Of a DNA stretch of 16,448 nt, positions 13,668-16,448 are shown piece after piece. How positions within the stretch are numbered: the stretch's first letter is position 1; every line of letters begins with the position of its first letter. Origin of the DNA: Chloroflexota bacterium. Lineage in GTDB: Bacteria > Chloroflexota > Dehalococcoidia > SHYD01 > JACQUQ01. The DNA is taken from positions 1 to 16,448 of the forward strand of contig JACQUQ010000057.1 of NCBI GenBank assembly GCA_016210175.1. Reading direction: 5' to 3'. The notes below the pieces were generated by a model that saw nothing but the letters and a program-made list of their open reading frames with translations, did no database searches and was not told the origin of the DNA. A program made the position numbers and the translations under genes.

Positions 13668-14222
13668 CTACCGCTGCCCGCCCGGCCAGATGAGAAAGGG
13701 CATGTTGACCACCACGCCGGGCCGCTGGATCGTTACCGCACCCTGCGCCTCGGCCTCCTGCACCTCGGACGCCGACATCAGCACACGGGCCGCTTGCGCG
13801 TTCTTCCAGGTGACGAGGTTCAGCGCCCGGAGCGGGCTGTACCCAGGGTCGCCCGGCGGCCGGTCGAACACGTCCGGCTGGAACCCCATCGGCCCATCGC
13901 CCCTGGCTCCGTTGGTGAAGACGTAGACATTGGCCAGCATCGCCTCCGGCGCCTGCGCCAGCGACGGGACGACCAGCACCGGCGAGCCCATCATGTCCGT
14001 CAGCATCCGGGCCACCTGGGGGTCCGACGCCTCGGTGTGGAGGAAGCGGATTTCCTGCCCCGCGGCAAAGCCCTCGACCGGCGGCACGGTCGGCCCATCG
14101 GCGGCCATGCCGCTCATCCCATCCATAGGCTGCACCTGCGCCGGCGCCAGCGTGAGGTAGACCAGCACGAAGCCGGCCATCAGGACTGCTACCACCGCCG
14201 TGACTACCAGATTGCGTTGCAT
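13668..14222 (-). CDS. Hypothetical membrane-anchored (signal-anchor) protein of 184 aa with a Met-rich MxxMxxM motif. It lies 27 nt downstream of the P1B-ATPase and is a candidate extracytoplasmic copper-binding partner.
   Basis: The N-terminal TM helix is LVVTAVVAVLMAGFVLVYLTL. It is followed by QPMDGMSGMAADG (M-x-x-M-x-x-M) and MLTDMMG. It is probably co-transcribed with the ATPase. The functional assignment is inference only. Confidence 0.5.
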   Translation of the reverse strand: MQRNLVVTAVVAVLMAGFVLVYLTLAPAQVQPMDGMSGMAADGPTVPPVEGFAAGQEIRFLHTEASDPQVARMLTDMMGSPVLVVPSLAQAPEAMLANVYVFTNGARGDGPMGFQPDVFDRPPGDPGYSPLRALNLVTWKNAQAARVLMSASEVQEAEAQGAVTIQRPGVVVNMPFLIWPGGQR

Positions 14223-14249
14223 CGTCCGGCCGTCCTCTCTTCCTCGCCC

Positions 14250-16448
14250 CTACACCACCCGGAAGCCCTGCTCGATAATGGCCTCGCGGATGCCCTCCGG
14301 CTCCACCACGCCCTGGCGGTAGGTGACCGTGACCACCTGCCGGGCCGGATTGCCCGTCACCTCCTCCACGCCGTCCAGCTTGCGGGCGGCCTCGCGGATG
14401 GACTCCAGGCAGTGCTCGCAGTGCATGTTCCTGATAGTGAGGGTAAGCTGGGCTTTCCGGTTGCGGCGCGCCCTGGGCAGCAGCCGCCCGGCGAAGGAGT
14501 TGGTGAGCACCGTGCTCACGCTGGCGACCATCGCGACCATGGCCCAGACCGGGTGCACCAGCCCGGTGACGGCCAGGGGCACGCCGATGCCGTTGAAGGC
14601 AAAGGCCAGCGTCAGGTTCTGGACCGTCTTGGCGTAGGAGCTTTTGCCAATGTGGTAGGCGTCCACCACGGCGTCCAGCCGTTCCCCGAGGAGCACCACG
14701 TCCGCCGACTCGATGGCGATGTCCGTCCCCGCGCCGATGGCGATGCCCACATCGGCCTGGGTCAGGGCCGGGGCATCGTTGATGCCGTCGCCCACCATCG
14801 CCACCCGATAGCCCTGGCGCTGGAGATCCCGCACTGCCGCCGCCTTGTCCTGGGGCAGCACCTCGGCACGGTACTCGGCGATCCCGAGCCGCTGGGCCAC
14901 GGCGCGAGCGGTACGGGCGTTATCCCCGGTGAGCATGACCGGCTCCAGCCCCAGTTCCCGCAGGTGGGCGATGGCCTCCGGCGCGTCGGCCTTGAGCTGG
15001 TCGGCGATGGCGATGAGGGCGGCGGGCTGCCCATCAAGGGCCAGGGCCACCACCGTGTTGCCCGCCTCCTGCATAGCCTCTATCTGCCCGCGCGCCGGGC
15101 CGAGGTCGGTCCCCTGCTCCTCCAGGAAGCGCGGGTTGCCCACCAGCACGCGGCGTCCTACAACGGTCGCGGCGACGCCCTTACCAGGCGTGGCCTGGAA
15201 GTCCCCGGCCGGCGGGATGGTGAGGTGCTGGGCCTCGGCCGCGGCCACCACCGCCCGCGCCAGGGGGTGCTCCGAGGCGCGCTCGGCGGCGGCGGCGGCC
15301 AGACGCAGGGCTTCCCGCCGGTCCTGCCCGTCCAGGGCCGCCACCGCGACCACGGCAGGCTCGCCGCGGGTGAGGGTGCCCGTCTTGTCCAGCACCACCT
15401 TCCGCACGTCCTTCAGCATCTGGAAGGCCTCGGCGGAGCGCATCAAGATGCCCCGCTCGGCGGCCATGCCCCCGCCCCGGATCATCGCCAGGGGCGTCGC
15501 CATGCCCAGGGCGCAGGGGTAGCCCAGGACCAACACCGCCAGGGCCGCGAAGGTGGCTCGGGTCCCGTCGGGCTGGCCCGTCACCAGCCAGGCGCCCCCG
15601 ATCCAGATGAGGAGCGCCAGGCCGGCGAAGGTGAGCACGCCCGGCACGTACACCTGGAGGATGCGGTCGGCCAGCGCCAGGAAGCCCGGCTTGAGCGCCC
15701 GCGCCTGCTCGATCTGCCGGGCCACCTGCTGGAGAAAGCTCTCCTCCCCCACCTTGGTGACCCGGACCAGCAGGGTGCCGGTCTGGTTGACCGACCCGCC
15801 GATGACCGGGTCGCCGGGCGTCTTCTCCTCCGGGATGGACTCGCCCGTGACCAGGCTCTCGTTGACGCCGGAAGCGCCCTCGACCACCTCGCCGTCCACG
15901 GGGATGGACTCACCGGGGCGGACCCGCACCAGGTCGCCGGCCTGGACCTGCTCGATGAGCACCTCTTCCTCACGGCCATTGCGGACCACGCGGGCGGTGG
16001 GCGGCGCTAGGGCCAGGAGCTTGCGCACCGCCTGGGAGGAGCGGGTGCGGACCAGCAGGGAGACGTAGCCGGAGAGCAGGTGGTAGGTGGTGATGAAGAC
16101 GGCCACCCCGAAGAAGTCGGCCAGCGGGAAGGTCGGGACGAGGTAAGCCAGGAAGCCGCCGACCAGCCCGGCGCAGGCGCCGAACTCCAGGAGGACGTGC
16201 TGGTTCAGGATGCCCCGGCGCAGGCTGGCCCAGGCCATGGTCAGGATGTGCCAGCCCGGCCCGAAGACCGTTGCCAGCGCCAGGGTCGGCATGAGCCAGA
16301 GCAGCAGGGTATGGACGGGACCGCGCATGGGCATACCCATCCAGGTGCTCATGACGCCCAGGAGCGCCACGACCGTGAAGCCCGCAGCGAAGAGCAGGTT
16401 GTTCCGCTCCCGCCGGAGCTCGGCTTCTTCTTCCTCGAAGGTGCGCAC
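14250..16448 (-). CDS. Heavy-metal translocating P1B-type ATPase, partial (N-terminus beyond the window end). The TM6 motif is YPC instead of CPC. It carries a C-terminal HMA-like domain with a CEHC metal-binding motif.
   Basis: Canonical motifs are present: DKTGTLT, SEHPLA (HP), [16 protein letters not shown] and the actuator TGES. TM7/TM8 are Cu-like ([11 protein letters not shown]; [13 protein letters not shown]). TM6 reads [13 protein letters not shown]. The C-terminal 65 aa, [45 protein letters not shown], is a ferredoxin-like HMA fold. Confidence 0.85.
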   Translation of the reverse strand: MRTFEEEEAELRRERNNLLFAAGFTVVALLGVMSTWMGMPMRGPVHTLLLWLMPTLALATVFGPGWHILTMAWASLRRGILNQHVLLEFGACAGLVGGFLAYLVPTFPLADFFGVAVFITTYHLLSGYVSLLVRTRSSQAVRKLLALAPPTARVVRNGREEEVLIEQVQAGDLVRVRPGESIPVDGEVVEGASGVNESLVTGESIPEEKTPGDPVIGGSVNQTGTLLVRVTKVGEESFLQQVARQIEQARALKPGFLALADRILQVYVPGVLTFAGLALLIWIGGAWLVTGQPDGTRATFAALAVLVLGYPCALGMATPLAMIRGGGMAAERGILMRSAEAFQMLKDVRKVVLDKTGTLTRGEPAVVAVAALDGQDRREALRLAAAAAERASEHPLARAVVAAAEAQHLTIPPAGDFQATPGKGVAATVVGRRVLVGNPRFLEEQGTDLGPARGQIEAMQEAGNTVVALALDGQPAALIAIADQLKADAPEAIAHLRELGLEPVMLTGDNARTARAVAQRLGIAEYRAEVLPQDKAAAVRDLQRQGYRVAMVGDGINDAPALTQADVGIAIGAGTDIAIESADVVLLGERLDAVVDAYHIGKSSYAKTVQNLTLAFAFNGIGVPLAVTGLVHPVWAMVAMVASVSTVLTNSFAGRLLPRARRNRKAQLTLTIRNMHCEHCLESIREAARKLDGVEEVTGNPARQVVTVTYRQGVVEPEGIREAIIEQGFRVV

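Noticed and set aside
13794-16010. 738-aa plus-strand ORF.
   Set aside because: It is antisense to the P1B-ATPase, which carries every canonical motif. The product is Arg/Gly/His-rich junk.
1-16448. CRISPR arrays, transposases, integrases, toxin-antitoxin or defence-system genes.
   Set aside because: No regularly spaced direct repeats and no recognisable mobile or defence protein motifs were seen on either strand. The only repeats are the two hairpin-motif copies and low-complexity CTG tracts.

Overview
This is a high-GC (~70%) window whose genes mostly lie on the minus strand and are separated by short, highly structured intergenic regions. The gene order yacL-ispD-ispF-cysE-cysS matches a Firmicutes-type layout in a Thermus-like thermophile.

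Genes, in window order (strand in brackets):
- cysS (-), partial, N-terminal part only.
- cysE (-).
- ispF (-).
- ispD (-), TTG start.
- yacL-like PIN/TRAM protein (-).
- A divergent promoter region, then a membrane-anchored cNMP-binding-like protein (+) followed by a 65-aa unknown ORF (+) and a bidirectional terminator.
- A ttuB/ttuA-like tRNA-thiolation pair (-).
- A stand-alone divergent 5S rRNA gene (-), with no 23S or 16S nearby.
- An acyl-CoA dehydrogenase (+) and a second bidirectional terminator.
- A muconolactone-isomerase/YciI-like small protein (-) with a near-consensus promoter.
- An nfeD-floT flotillin operon (-).
- tRNA-Ser(UGA) (-).
- A 77-aa unknown ORF (-), then lgt (-).
- A Met-motif membrane-anchored protein (-).
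- A heavy-metal P1B-type ATPase (-), partial, running off the window end.

No CRISPR array, transposase, integrase or obvious defence genes are visible.

The most unusual observations:
1. An orphan 5S rRNA-like gene with loop E substitutions and a compensated helix IV.
2. A hairpin motif that recurs in two separate intergenic regions.
3. A P1B-ATPase with YPC in place of CPC and a C-terminal CEHC metal-binding domain, followed by an MxxMxxM protein.
4. A cNMP-binding-like protein that lacks the phosphate-binding arginine.

Many long opposite-strand ORFs in the six-frame track are GC-driven artefacts.
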